A stretch of 64,000 bases of DNA from Deltaproteobacteria bacterium (GCA_032128115.1 JAQBHB010000047.1:96001-160000), one strand, 5' to 3'; positions 26,394-36,653 are shown, counted from the first letter of the stretch. Made by a program: numbers and translations. Notes: generated by a model not told the origin, from the letters alone.

Positions 26394-28232
26394 ATGCACT
26401 GGGCCGACAAGATCGCCCTTCGCGCCGAAGGGCCGCAGCTGGTGAACGACTCGAAGACGCCGTCTGGGCGGGTCCACGTGGGCGCGCTGCGCGGCGTGCT
26501 GATCCACGATGCGATCGCCCGGGCGCTGCGCGATCGCGACATCCCCGTGCGTTACCAGTTCGGAGTGGACGACTACGACCCGCTGGACGAGCTGCCTGCC
26601 GGCCAGGAGGAGTTCTTCCGCCCGTGGCTGGGTCGTCCCCTGTGCGACGTGCCGGCGCCCCCGGACAGCCCCGCCGGCGACATGGCCGAGCACTTCATTT
26701 CCGAGTTCTTCGAGATCTTCGACGAGCTGGGGGTGAAGACCGAGCGTTACCGCATGCGCGACGTCTACCGCGAGGGCCGTTTCAACGAGGCCATCGACGT
26801 GATCCTGAAGCACGCGGACCAGGTGCGGCGCATCTACCGGGAGGTGAGCGGCTCGGTCAAGGAGGACGTCTGGTACCCCTTCAATCCCGTCTGTGAGCAG
26901 TGCGGGCGCATCGCCAGCACCCTCGTCACGGCCTACGAGGGCGGTCAGGTCACCTACACCTGCCGCAACGAGGCCCTGGGGGTGGGGGAATCCTGCGGGC
27001 AAACGGGCACGGTCTCGCCCTTCGACGGCCGGGGCAAGCTGCCGTGGAAGCTCGAGTGGGTGGCCAAGTGGCACGTGATGGGCGTAACGATCGAGGGCGC
27101 CGGCAAGGACCACACCACCAAGGGGGGATCCCGCGACGTGGGCGATCGTTGCCTGCGCGAGATCTTCCAGAAGGAGCCGCCCCGGAACATCCCGTACGAG
27201 TTCTTCCTGTTCGGGGGCGCCAAGATGAGTTCCTCCAGGGGTCTGGGCGCCTCGGCTCGTGACGTGGCCGACATCCTGCCGCCGGAGATCCTGCGCTTCC
27301 TGATGATCCGGACCCAGCCCAACCGACCTGTGGAGTTCTCGGGCGAGCGCGAGCAGATCGTGAAGCTCTATAACGAGTTCGACCGCTACCACGAGCGTTC
27401 CCACAACGAGCCGGCGGCGCGTGACGACGAGAAGCGCGCGTACCAGCTCTCGTTGGTCGATCCGGAGAACGAGCAGGGCTACTTCTACACTGCGAGCTTC
27501 CCGTTGGTGTTGACGCTGCTCACCATGCCGCACCTGGATCTGGCGCGGGAGATCGAGAAGCGCAAGGGAAGTGCGCTCGACGACCACGAGCACCGCGATC
27601 TCGAGCAGCGCGTGGCCCGTGCCCGGGCCTGGGTGGAGCGCTACGGCGACGAGGCCGATCGGAGCGCCGTTCAAGAGAAACTTCCGGCGAGCGCGGATTC
27701 GCTCTCGGCTGCGCAGTGCGGCTTCCTGCACCAGCTGGCCGATCTGGTCGACACCGCGCCGTGGGAAGAGGAGGGACTCCAGGCCCGGATATTCGATGCC
27801 GCGCGGCTCACTCCGGTCGCCGCCGGCCAGGCCTTCGAGGCCTTCTATCGCGTGTTCCTCGACTGCGAGCGCGGGCCGCGGGGAGGCAGCCTGCTGTCGT
27901 TCCTGGGCCGCGAGTTCTCGGTGGGTCGTCTGCGCCAGGTGGCCTGCAACCCGAGCCAGGTGTGGGAGGCCACGGCCATCTGCGAGTCGGATCTGGGCGA
28001 GTGGATCGCCAAGAACCACAAGAAGATCGACGCCGCGCAAGCGTGCATGCGGACGTCGGAATCCGGCGCCAGCTATCTCGAGGTGCGGGCAACCTTCAGC
28101 AACGGTCGCCAGTTCCTGCAGCGGGTCACGTTGGGGGGCGGCGCCGAGCCGGATGCGCGCGCGGTGCTTTCGCGCATTGCCAGCGAGCGCGATTTCGAGA
28201 TCGGGTGGGCCGAGAATCAGACCGGGAAGTAG
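26394..28232 (+). CDS. lysS: Class I lysyl-tRNA synthetase with C-terminal extension
   Basis: MHWAD, TPSGRVHVG (HIGH-like), DDYDPLD, CEQCG, GKLPWKLEWVAKW, EGAGKDH, KMSSSRG, GPRGG. Confidence 0.93.
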   Translation: MHWADKIALRAEGPQLVNDSKTPSGRVHVGALRGVLIHDAIARALRDRDIPVRYQFGVDDYDPLDELPAGQEEFFRPWLGRPLCDVPAPPDSPAGDMAEHFISEFFEIFDELGVKTERYRMRDVYREGRFNEAIDVILKHADQVRRIYREVSGSVKEDVWYPFNPVCEQCGRIASTLVTAYEGGQVTYTCRNEALGVGESCGQTGTVSPFDGRGKLPWKLEWVAKWHVMGVTIEGAGKDHTTKGGSRDVGDRCLREIFQKEPPRNIPYEFFLFGGAKMSSSRGLGASARDVADILPPEILRFLMIRTQPNRPVEFSGEREQIVKLYNEFDRYHERSHNEPAARDDEKRAYQLSLVDPENEQGYFYTASFPLVLTLLTMPHLDLAREIEKRKGSALDDHEHRDLEQRVARARAWVERYGDEADRSAVQEKLPASADSLSAAQCGFLHQLADLVDTAPWEEEGLQARIFDAARLTPVAAGQAFEAFYRVFLDCERGPRGGSLLSFLGREFSVGRLRQVACNPSQVWEATAICESDLGEWIAKNHKKIDAAQACMRTSESGASYLEVRATFSNGRQFLQRVTLGGGAEPDARAVLSRIASERDFEIGWAENQTGK

Positions 28233-28264
28233 CGGCGGGCCGCGCGCACACGCAGGTCAGCAAG

Positions 28265-30229
28265 CTAGGCGCCGGGGTTCTCGATCAGCGCGCGCAGCTT
28301 ACGGACGCTGTCGGCCTGCCCGACCACGAGCAGGCGGTCCCCCACATGCAGCGTGAGGTCCGGGCTGGGACTCGTGGTCGCCGCCCCGTTTCGGTGGAGG
28401 GCCACGACGCTCGCGCCGGTGCGCCGCCGCACTTCGAGCGACGCCAGCGTGGCGCCTTCGAGGAGCCCGGCTCCGACCTCGAGCCACACCGATCCCACCT
28501 CGCTCAGCACCTCCGCCAACCAGGGGTCGAGGATCGCCTCAGGCGTTCGCAGGAAGACGTAGCCCTCCTCGCGCAGCTCGGCCGAGAAGCGCGCGGCGGA
28601 GTCCTCGGGGACGCCAAACCGATGGAGCATCTCGCGGAGCAACTCGAGGGTCGACTCGAGATCCTGGGCAACGACCTTCGTGGCTCCGGCCGACTGCAGT
28701 GCATCGACGTGGGCCACGTAGTGCGTGCGCGCCAGGATGATTGCGCGCGGTGCGAGTCGGCGGGCCAGGCTCACGACCTCGCGCGTCGCCTCGAAATCCG
28801 GCAGGGCCACCACGACCAGCTGGGCCCTGGCGGTGCCGACCCGCTCGAGGATCGAGCGTCGGGTGGCGTCGCCGAACACCACGGGCTCGCCTCGCCGCGT
28901 GGCCTCCCGCACGGTCACGGCATTGGTCTCGATCGCGGAGTAGGAGATGCCCTGCGCCTTGAGAACACGTGAGAGGTTCTGGCCCGTGACACCGAATCCC
29001 ACGAGCACCACATGGTCGCCCGCGGATGCGGGCGCCTCGGAGGGCGCGGCCTCGCCCCGGTCGCTGCGGCGCGAAAGCCAGGACGCGACCCGGGGCGCAC
29101 TTGCGATCAGGAAGGGCGTGGCCAGGAGCGTGGCAATCGAACCGGCGATGAAGACCTGGCGCAGGCGAGCGTCGAGCAGCCCCGCATCGGCCGCGGCGGC
29201 CGCCAGTACGAAGGAGAACTCGCCGGTCTGGGCGAGCGCCAGGCCCGTGAGAACCCCGATGCGGACGCTCAGCCGGAGCACGCTCGAGACGATCAGCGTC
29301 ACGAGCCCTGCCTTGAGCACGACCACGCCCACGGTGTAGGCGAGCACCGCGGGCCATACCGCCAGCGCGGCGCGCGGGTCGAAGAGCATCCCTACGGCGG
29401 TGAAGAACACGCCGAGCAGCACGCCGCGCAGGGGAGCCACCTCGGCGAAAAGCTGATGGGAGTAGGGGGAGGCCGACAGGACGAGTCCACCCACGAAGGC
29501 GCCCACGGAGTGGGTGAGACCGATCTTTTCGGCGATCACCGCCGATCCCATCACCACGAGGAAGGCCACCATGGTGAAGAGCTCGCGCGAGCGGGCCAGG
29601 GCCACGCGGTCGAGCAGGCGTGGCAGGAGAACGCGAGCCAGCACGCCGAGGAGCACGAGCGCCCCGGCCGCGCGCAGGATCGCGCCGGCGAGCGCACTCG
29701 TCCCGGCACCTGTCCCGGAAGCGAGGATCGGTACCGCCAGCAGGAACGGAACGATGCACAGATCCTGGAAGAGCAGGATTCCCAGCGCCAGCTGTCCGTG
29801 GGGCGCATCGATCTCCGAGCGCTTCGAGAGCAGCCGCATCACCAGCGCGGTGCTCGACATGGCGACCAGGGCCCCCAGCACGACGGCGGAACGCGCCTCC
29901 AGCCCGAGTCCGACGGACACGCCCGCCGTGCAAGCGACGGTGAGCGCCACCTGGAATCCGCCCGCCACCAGCGCCCGGCGCCACAGGCGGCGCACGCGGT
30001 CCAGTGGCAGCTCGAGGCCGATCTCGAAGAGAAGGAAGACGACGCCGAACTCGGCAAGCGTGCGCACGCGGTCGACATCGGCGATCAGGCTCAGACCGCC
30101 AGGCCCCACCAGGGCGCCCATGACGAGGAAGCCGCCGATCAACGGGAGGCGAAGCCGCGCGAAGAGCGCCGCACCCGCCGTCGCCACGGCGAGTAGCAGA
30201 AGCACTTCGCTGAGGAATTCGTGCGGCAA
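28265..30229 (-). CDS. CPA2 cation:proton antiporter (KefB/KefC-like) with TrkA-N and TrkA-C domains
   Basis: AEFGVVFLLFEIGLE, ILLFQD, LAQTGEF, HVVLVGFGVTG, FGDAT. Confidence 0.92.
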   Translation of the reverse strand: MPHEFLSEVLLLLAVATAGAALFARLRLPLIGGFLVMGALVGPGGLSLIADVDRVRTLAEFGVVFLLFEIGLELPLDRVRRLWRRALVAGGFQVALTVACTAGVSVGLGLEARSAVVLGALVAMSSTALVMRLLSKRSEIDAPHGQLALGILLFQDLCIVPFLLAVPILASGTGAGTSALAGAILRAAGALVLLGVLARVLLPRLLDRVALARSRELFTMVAFLVVMGSAVIAEKIGLTHSVGAFVGGLVLSASPYSHQLFAEVAPLRGVLLGVFFTAVGMLFDPRAALAVWPAVLAYTVGVVVLKAGLVTLIVSSVLRLSVRIGVLTGLALAQTGEFSFVLAAAAADAGLLDARLRQVFIAGSIATLLATPFLIASAPRVASWLSRRSDRGEAAPSEAPASAGDHVVLVGFGVTGQNLSRVLKAQGISYSAIETNAVTVREATRRGEPVVFGDATRRSILERVGTARAQLVVVALPDFEATREVVSLARRLAPRAIILARTHYVAHVDALQSAGATKVVAQDLESTLELLREMLHRFGVPEDSAARFSAELREEGYVFLRTPEAILDPWLAEVLSEVGSVWLEVGAGLLEGATLASLEVRRRTGASVVALHRNGAATTSPSPDLTLHVGDRLLVVGQADSVRKLRALIENPGA

Positions 30230-30239
30230 CGCTAGGGAG

Positions 30240-30698
30240 TCAGGCGGGGTAGTACCGGCTGATCGTGTCGATCACGCAGCCCGGCCGCTCACTGCCTTCT
30301 ACCTCGATGGTGACGCGGATCTTGGCCTGGAAGGTGCCCTTGATCTCCTCCACGGCCACTACCTCGGCGCTGCCGCGCACGCGCGAGCCCACGGGCACGG
30401 GAGCCGGGAAGCGCACCCGATCGGCGCCGTAGTTGATCCCCATGGAAATACCCCGCACTTCGATGATCTGGGGCAGGAAGAAACTCGCCAGCGACTGCGT
30501 CAGGTAGCCGTGGGCGATGGTGGTGCCGAAGGGCCCGGCCCTGGCGCGCTCTGGGTCCACGTGGATCCACTGATGGTCACCGGTGGCCTCGGCGAACTGG
30601 TTGATGCGCTCCTGGGTGATTTCGAGCCAGTCGCTGTGACCCAGGGGCTTGCCGACGGCGCCCTGCAGGTCTTTGGGGCTCTCGAATACGGTGGGCAT
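30240..30698 (-). CDS. MaoC-family dehydratase/hydratase
   Basis: FAEATGDHQWIHVD, TIAHGYLT, NYGADRVRFPAPVPVG. Confidence 0.93.
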   Translation of the reverse strand: MPTVFESPKDLQGAVGKPLGHSDWLEITQERINQFAEATGDHQWIHVDPERARAGPFGTTIAHGYLTQSLASFFLPQIIEVRGISMGINYGADRVRFPAPVPVGSRVRGSAEVVAVEEIKGTFQAKIRVTIEVEGSERPGCVIDTISRYYPA

Positions 30699-30722
30699 GG
30701 CGGGTTCCTCCGGCCCCTGGGC

Positions 30723-31505
30723 TCAGGGGTGCTGGTTGCTTACCGCCAGCGACTCACCCGTCATGTAGGAAGACAGGTCGCTGGCGAGAAACACGATCAC
30801 GTTGGCCACCTCCCACGGCTCGGCCGCGCGCCCGAAGGCTTCGCGCTGGGTCAGCTCCTGCAGCAGGCCGTCGGGCGTCACCTTCGACAGGAACTCGTGC
30901 ATGGCCAGACTGGGAGCCACGGCGTTGATGCGCACGCCCGACTCCGCGGCCTCGATGGCCGCGCAGCGGGTCAGCGCCATCACGCCGGCCTTGGCCGCCG
31001 CGTAGTGGGCCTGGCCCTCCTGGGCGCGCCAGGCGAGCACCGAGGCATTGTTCACGATGGCGCCCGAGCCGCGCTCGATCATGTGGGGAAGCACGGCGCG
31101 CATCATGCGGAAGGTTCCGTTGAGGGTCACGTCAAGCACCTTGCCCCACTGGTCGTCGGTCATGTCCACGATGCGCGCGTGGCCGCCGAGTCCCGCGTTG
31201 TTCACCAGGACGTCCACGTGGCCCAGGGACGAGACGGCGGCGTCGATCAGGGCGCGCACCTGGTTCTCGCTGGTCACGTCGCAGCGCTGGGTGGCGGGGC
31301 GCGTGCCCGTGTGTTTTTCCAGCTGGTCGGCGGCTTCGCCAAGTCTTCGCTCGTGCATGTCGCTCAGCATCACGCGGGCGCCTTCTTCGGCGCAGCGTTT
31401 TGCGGCGGCGAAGCCGATCCCGGTGCCGGCGGCGGCGGTCACCAGCACCGTCTTGCCAGCGAGGAGGTTGCGACCCGGGGGATAGGGCGGGGCGGTCGGT
31501 GTCAC
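30723..31505 (-). CDS. ipdF: SDR oxidoreductase, IpdF (Rv3559c)-like
   Basis: VLVTAAAGTGIG, SDMHERRL, NNASVLAWRAQ.GQAHYAAAKAG, EAFGRAAEPWEVA, SNQHP. Confidence 0.85.
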   Translation of the reverse strand: MTPTAPPYPPGRNLLAGKTVLVTAAAGTGIGFAAAKRCAEEGARVMLSDMHERRLGEAADQLEKHTGTRPATQRCDVTSENQVRALIDAAVSSLGHVDVLVNNAGLGGHARIVDMTDDQWGKVLDVTLNGTFRMMRAVLPHMIERGSGAIVNNASVLAWRAQEGQAHYAAAKAGVMALTRCAAIEAAESGVRINAVAPSLAMHEFLSKVTPDGLLQELTQREAFGRAAEPWEVANVIVFLASDLSSYMTGESLAVSNQHP

Positions 31506-32683
31506 CGGGGCTCCCTCGGCAGGCCGAGGGCGCGCTCGCCGATGATGTTGCGCTGGATCTCATTGGATCCCGCGTAGATGGTGTCGGATCGGGTGAACAA
31601 GAACAGTCGTTGCAGGCGCGTCAGCTGATAGGGTGTGGCGCCGTCGGCGATCTCCGACTCGGCTCCCAGCACGTCCATGGCCAGCTTTCCCAGGCCGCGG
31701 TGCCAGGTGGCCCAGTAGATCTTGGTGATCATGGCCTCGCGCGCCAGCTCGGCGCCCTCGCTCTTGGACAGCATGCGCAGTGCGTTGGCACGCATGATCT
31801 CGAGGCCGATCCAGGCGTCGGCCAGCCGCTGGCGCATCACCGGGTCGCGGGCCGAGCCGTTGCGCTTCGCGATCTCGAAGATCTGATCGAGCTCGTTGCG
31901 GAAGGCCATCTGCTGTCCCAGCGTCATGGCGCCGCGCTCGAATGCGAGCGTTCCCATGGCCACCTTCCAACCATCCCCGGGCTGCCCCACCACGTTCTCG
32001 GCCGGCGTGCGGGCGCCGTCGAAGAACACCTCGCTGAACTCCGAGTCGCCGGTCATCTGCACGATGGGCCGGATCTCGACGCCGTCCTGGCGCATGGGCA
32101 CCAGCAGGTAGGCGAGGCCCCGGTGCTTGGGGGCGTCCGGGTCGCTGCGGCAGAGCACGAAGCACCAGTCGGCCCACGCGGCCCACGAGGTCCAGACCTT
32201 CTGGCCGTCGATCACCCACTCGTCGCCCTCGAGGCGCGCGCGGGTCTGCACGTTGGCCAGGTCGGAACCGGCGTTGGGCTCCGAGTAGCCCTGGCACCAG
32301 ATCTCTTCGCCCTTCACGATGCCCGGAAGGAAGCGTTGCTTCTGTTGCTCGTTGCCGAAGGCGAGGATCGTGGGGCCGAGCATGCCCTCGCCGATCAGAC
32401 CCAGTCGGCCGGGGCCGTCGGCCCGGGAATACTCCTCGTAGAAGATCACCTGCTGCATCAGGCTGGCGCCGCGCCCCCCATGCTCGCGGGACCACCCCAC
32501 GCAGGTCCAACCTGCCTCGCCCAGCTTCCGCTCCCAGGCGCGGCGTTCGTCGAGCAGGGCGTGCTCGTCGCCGGGGCCGCCGCGTCCGCGCAATACGGCG
32601 AATTCGCCTGCGAGGTGGTCGCCCATCCAACCGGCAATCTCGCCGCGAAACGCCTCGTCTTCTTCGCTGAATCGCAGATGCAT
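31502..32683 (-). CDS. Acyl-CoA dehydrogenase, IpdE1/FadE30-like
   Basis: LRGRGGPGDEH...RRAWE, WCQGYSEPNAGSDLA, FLFTRSDTIYAGSNEIQRN, LGLPREP; syntenic with ipdF-like and fadD3-like genes. Confidence 0.9.
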   Translation of the reverse strand: MHLRFSEEDEAFRGEIAGWMGDHLAGEFAVLRGRGGPGDEHALLDERRAWERKLGEAGWTCVGWSREHGGRGASLMQQVIFYEEYSRADGPGRLGLIGEGMLGPTILAFGNEQQKQRFLPGIVKGEEIWCQGYSEPNAGSDLANVQTRARLEGDEWVIDGQKVWTSWAAWADWCFVLCRSDPDAPKHRGLAYLLVPMRQDGVEIRPIVQMTGDSEFSEVFFDGARTPAENVVGQPGDGWKVAMGTLAFERGAMTLGQQMAFRNELDQIFEIAKRNGSARDPVMRQRLADAWIGLEIMRANALRMLSKSEGAELAREAMITKIYWATWHRGLGKLAMDVLGAESEIADGATPYQLTRLQRLFLFTRSDTIYAGSNEIQRNIIGERALGLPREPR

Positions 32684-32725
32684 GGGGGCTCGGAGTTCGA
32701 ATAGATGCGTTGCGGATACTAAGAT

Positions 32726-32744
32726 ACGATACGGCGCGTATGCA
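32726..32744. promoter_or_regulatory. Candidate TetR operator (degenerate copy)
   Basis: ACGATAC-GGCGC-GTATGCA between the divergent ipdE1-like and fadD3-like genes; left arm identical to 39795-39801. Confidence 0.5.
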
Positions 32745-34326
32745 AGAAGCCCCGCTCAGCGACGAGCGCACGATTCCGCGACTCGTGCGGGCGGCGGCCG
32801 CGCGCTACTCCGATCGCAGCGCAATCGAAGACGGCCCCGTGACCCTGAGCTTCGCCGAGCTGGGTGAAGCCGCACTCGGCGCGGCCCGGGCCTTTCTGGC
32901 CGCGGGCGTCGAACGCGGCGACCGGGTCGGTGTCTGGGCGCCCAACATCGCCGAGTGGGTGGTGTCTGCCATTGGCGTGCAGATGGCGGGCGCCGTGCTG
33001 GTGCCGCTGAGCACCCGCTTCAAGCGTGCCGAGGCGGGCTACGTGCTGCGAAAGAGCGGTGCAAAGCTGCTCTGCACGGTGGGCGATTTCCTCGGAACCA
33101 ACTACGCCGACACCCTGGAAGGCGAAGACCTTCCGTCGCTCGAAGCCGTGATCTGTCTGCGCGGCGGGTCGAAGGCCGGCATCCCCTGGCAGGAGTTTCT
33201 CGATCGGGGCGACACGGTGTCGAGGGGCACAGCACTGGAACGCGCGGATTCGGTGTCGCCCGACGATCTCTCGGATCTCCTCTTCACGTCGGGCACGACC
33301 GGCAATCCCAAGGGTGTCATGGCCACCCACGCCCAGAGCCTGAAGGTTTTCGACGTCTGGAGCGATGTGGTGGGGCTGCGCGAAGGCGATCGCTACCTGA
33401 TCGTGAATCCCTTCTTCCACACCTTCGGCTACAAGGCGGGCTGGCTCTCGTGCATCCTGCGCGGCGCTACGGCACTCCCCCACGCGGTTTTCGACGTGGA
33501 CGAGGTGCTCGCTCGGGTGGGATCCGAGCGGATCAACGTGCTGCCGGGGCCGCCGACGCTCTACCAGTCGATTCTCGCCCACCCGGATCGCTCGAAGTAC
33601 GACCTCTCGAGTCTGCGTCTCGCGGTGACCGGGGCTGCGGCCGTACCCGTGGAGATGATCCACCGCATGCGCGACGAACTGGGCTTCGAGACGATCGTAA
33701 CGGCCTACGGGCTGACCGAGTGCACGGGCATGGTGAGCATCTGCCGCCCGGGCGACGATCCCGAGATCATCGCCACCACATCGGGTCGAGCCATCCCGGA
33801 CGTGGAGGTGCGCTGTGTCGATCCGGACGGCGCGCCCGTTCCGGCCGGCGAGCCCGGCGAGGTGGTGGTGCGCGGATACAACGTGATGAAGGGCTACTAC
33901 GAGGACGCCTCGGAGACCGCTGCAACCATCGACGAAGACGGCTGGCTTCATACCGGCGACATTGCCGTGATGGACGCCCAGGGCAACCTGCGGATCACCG
34001 ACCGCATCAAGGACATGTACATCGCCGGCGGCTTCAACTGCTATCCGGCCGAGATCGAGAACCTGATGTTCGCCCACCCGGACATCGCCCAGGTGGCGGT
34101 GATCGGGATCGCAGACGAGCGCATGGGCGAGGTGGGAATGGCCTTCGTGGTGCCGGTGGCGGGCAAGACGCTCGAGCCGGACGCCATCATCACCTGGTGC
34201 CGCGACCAGATGTCGAACTACAAGGTGCCGCGCCGGGTTTCCGTGGTCGACGGGCTTCCCGTGAACGCCTCGGGCAAGGTGATGAAGTTCGTGCTGCGGC
34301 AGCGCGCACAGGAGGAAACGGCGTGA
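32740..34326 (+). CDS. fadD3: FadD3-family acyl-CoA ligase (HIP-CoA ligase-like)
   Basis: TIPRL, LFTSGTTGNPKG, YLIVNPFFHTFGYKAG, AYGLTE, GGFNCYPAEIE, NYKVPR. Confidence 0.85.
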   Translation: MQEAPLSDERTIPRLVRAAAARYSDRSAIEDGPVTLSFAELGEAALGAARAFLAAGVERGDRVGVWAPNIAEWVVSAIGVQMAGAVLVPLSTRFKRAEAGYVLRKSGAKLLCTVGDFLGTNYADTLEGEDLPSLEAVICLRGGSKAGIPWQEFLDRGDTVSRGTALERADSVSPDDLSDLLFTSGTTGNPKGVMATHAQSLKVFDVWSDVVGLREGDRYLIVNPFFHTFGYKAGWLSCILRGATALPHAVFDVDEVLARVGSERINVLPGPPTLYQSILAHPDRSKYDLSSLRLAVTGAAAVPVEMIHRMRDELGFETIVTAYGLTECTGMVSICRPGDDPEIIATTSGRAIPDVEVRCVDPDGAPVPAGEPGEVVVRGYNVMKGYYEDASETAATIDEDGWLHTGDIAVMDAQGNLRITDRIKDMYIAGGFNCYPAEIENLMFAHPDIAQVAVIGIADERMGEVGMAFVVPVAGKTLEPDAIITWCRDQMSNYKVPRRVSVVDGLPVNASGKVMKFVLRQRAQEETA

Positions 34327-35861
34327 TCCGGGCCGAGGGACTCTGGTCGCTGATCGAGATGCGCGCCGAAGAGACTCCCGACTCCCTGTTCGCAGTGGAC
34401 GAGGACGATCGCACGCTCCGCTTCGCCGATTATCGCGCGGCGGCCGAACGCTGTGCCGCGGGTCTGGCAGAGCGTGGTGTCGGCGCGGGCGACTGTGTCT
34501 CGTGGCAGCTTCCGACGAACTTCGAGTCCATGATCCTGGCGGGCGCGCTGTCGCGCCTTGGCGCCGTCCAGAATCCGATTCTCCCCATCTATCGCGAGCG
34601 CGAGGTGGGGTTTGCGGTGGCCCAGACCGGCGCTCGGCTGCTGGCGGTGCCTCCCGTATTCCGGGGCTTCGACCACGCGGCGATGGCGCACCGCATCGCC
34701 GCCGGGTGCGACGGTCTGGAGGTGTTGGTGGTGGACGGCTCGCTCCCGGAGGGAGACCCGTCGAAGCTCCCGCCGCCGCCGCCCGGAGACGACTCCGTGC
34801 GCTGGGTGTTCTACACGTCGGGAACCACCGCCGACCCCAAGGGTGCTCTCCACAGCGACCGCACGATCCTTGCGGCCTTTTTCGCCATGAGCGAGCGGCT
34901 CGAGATGCGGCCCGACGACCGGGTGGCGCTGGTTTTCCCGTTCACGCACATCGGGGGCATCGGCTGGCTCGTGATCGGTCTGGCGGCGGGCTGCGCGCAC
35001 ATCGCGATCCCCACCTTCGATCCCAAACGGAGCATCGACGTGCTGGCGCGTCACGGCGTGACCCAGGCCACCGCGGGCACCATCTTCCACCAGGCCTATC
35101 TCGCGGCCCAGCGCGAGCGCGGGGGCGCAGTGTTGTTTCCGGAGGTGCGCGCGTTTCCCGGAGGCGGTGCGCCCAAGCCGCCAAAGCTCCACTACGACAT
35201 CAAGAAGGAGATGGGAGGCGCGGGCATCGTGTCGGGCTACGGCCTCACCGAGTGTCCGGTGCTCGCCATGGGTTCCCCGCACGACCCGGACGAGAAGCTG
35301 GCCCATACCGAGGGGCGCGCGAGCCCGGCGGGCCTCGAGATCCGGGTGGTGAAGCTCGACGGGTCGGTGGCCGTCGTCGGCGAGGAGGGCGAGATCCACG
35401 CTCGCGGCCCGCAGCTCTGCAAGGGCTACCTGGACGAGGCACTCAACGCCGACGCCTTCGACAGCGACGGCTTCTTCCGCACCGGAGATCTGGGCACGCT
35501 CGATGCCGAGGGTTACGTGGTGATCACCGGGCGCCTGAAGGACATCATCATTCGCAAGGGCGAGAACATCAGCGCCAAGGAAGTGGAAGACCTCCTGTTC
35601 CAGCACCCGAAAGTGGCGGACGTGGGCGTGATCGGTCTTCCGGATCCCGACACGGGAGAGCGCGCCTGCGCCGTGGTGGCCTGCCGCAGCGCCGAGGAGC
35701 CGCTCAGCTTCGAAGAGATGGGCGCATTCTTGAAGAAGCAGGGACTCATGCTGCAGAAGGTTCCCGAGCGCCTGGAACTCGTGGACGAACTGCCCCGCAA
35801 CCCCACCGGCAAGATCCTGAAGCACGAGCTGCGCAAGCGTTACGATTCTACGCCTTCGTGA
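34323..35861 (+). CDS. AMP-binding acyl-CoA ligase (cyclohexanecarboxylate-CoA ligase-like)
   Basis: GTG overlapping the fadD3 stop; YTSGTTADPKG, GYGLTE, RKGENISAKEVE, QKVPERLE. Confidence 0.9.
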   Translation: MIRAEGLWSLIEMRAEETPDSLFAVDEDDRTLRFADYRAAAERCAAGLAERGVGAGDCVSWQLPTNFESMILAGALSRLGAVQNPILPIYREREVGFAVAQTGARLLAVPPVFRGFDHAAMAHRIAAGCDGLEVLVVDGSLPEGDPSKLPPPPPGDDSVRWVFYTSGTTADPKGALHSDRTILAAFFAMSERLEMRPDDRVALVFPFTHIGGIGWLVIGLAAGCAHIAIPTFDPKRSIDVLARHGVTQATAGTIFHQAYLAAQRERGGAVLFPEVRAFPGGGAPKPPKLHYDIKKEMGGAGIVSGYGLTECPVLAMGSPHDPDEKLAHTEGRASPAGLEIRVVKLDGSVAVVGEEGEIHARGPQLCKGYLDEALNADAFDSDGFFRTGDLGTLDAEGYVVITGRLKDIIIRKGENISAKEVEDLLFQHPKVADVGVIGLPDPDTGERACAVVACRSAEEPLSFEEMGAFLKKQGLMLQKVPERLELVDELPRNPTGKILKHELRKRYDSTPS

Positions 35862-36465
35862 TCGGGATGTGTCTCGGTTGCGAAGCAACCCGCCCGCACC
35901 AGCTGCGCACGGCCGGGTAGGGCGCCAGGTCGTAGCCCCCCTCCGATGCCACGTGGGTGTAGGCGTAGAGCGCGATGTCCGCGATCGAGTACGCGGGGGG
36001 CACGAAGAAATCGTGCACCGCCAGATGGTTCTCCATCACCTGGAGGGCCGCGTGGCCCCGTTCGTACTTCTCGGGAAGCTGCTCGCGCTTTTCGTCCAGG
36101 AGCCCGGCGTGGGCCCAGAACCGGGGAACCGCGATGAAGGGTTCGTGGCTGTATTGCTCGAAGAACATCCACTGGAGCACGCGGGCGCGGTCGAGGGGTG
36201 CGGTTGGCAGCAGCGGGCTGCCCTCGGCCAGGAACCACTGGATGGCGTTCGACTCGGCCAGGTGGGTGCCGTCGGAAAGCTCCAGTAGCGGGATGCGGCC
36301 GTTCGGGTTCCTCGCCAGAAAACCGGGCGTGCGCGTCTCGCCGCGCAGGATGTCGAGCTCGACCCGCTCGATTGGAAGTCCCAGCTGCGCCAACAGCAGG
36401 CGCACCTTGTAACCGTTCCCCGACTCCAGGAAATCGTAGAGCCGCACCGGTTTTGAAACTGACAC
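35848..36465 (-). CDS. Glutathione S-transferase family protein
   Basis: SGNGYKVRL, NPNGRIP, LAESNAI, WMFFEQYSHEP, SIADIALYAYTH. Confidence 0.93.
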   Translation of the reverse strand: MSVSKPVRLYDFLESGNGYKVRLLLAQLGLPIERVELDILRGETRTPGFLARNPNGRIPLLELSDGTHLAESNAIQWFLAEGSPLLPTAPLDRARVLQWMFFEQYSHEPFIAVPRFWAHAGLLDEKREQLPEKYERGHAALQVMENHLAVHDFFVPPAYSIADIALYAYTHVASEGGYDLAPYPAVRSWCGRVASQPRHIPITKA

Positions 36466-36653
36466 CGCAGCCTCCCGCCGCCTATGATACCCGGGCATGG
36501 ATGATGTCTCCGACAGCGTTGCAGCGTGCTGTCTAGCAGGACCCGGGTCGCATGTCGTCTCGCGTGCCGTCATGGAGGCCGATTGAAGCGGTCGAAACCA
36601 GGGAGGCGGGCCCGGGGGTGGGCGTTCGCGTTTGCGCCAGGGGGGAGATTCGA

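Noticed and set aside
32955..34322. Apparent 968-aa giant CoA ligase
   Set aside because: The upstream part is an alternate frame of fadD3; the real start is the coupled GTG at 34323.
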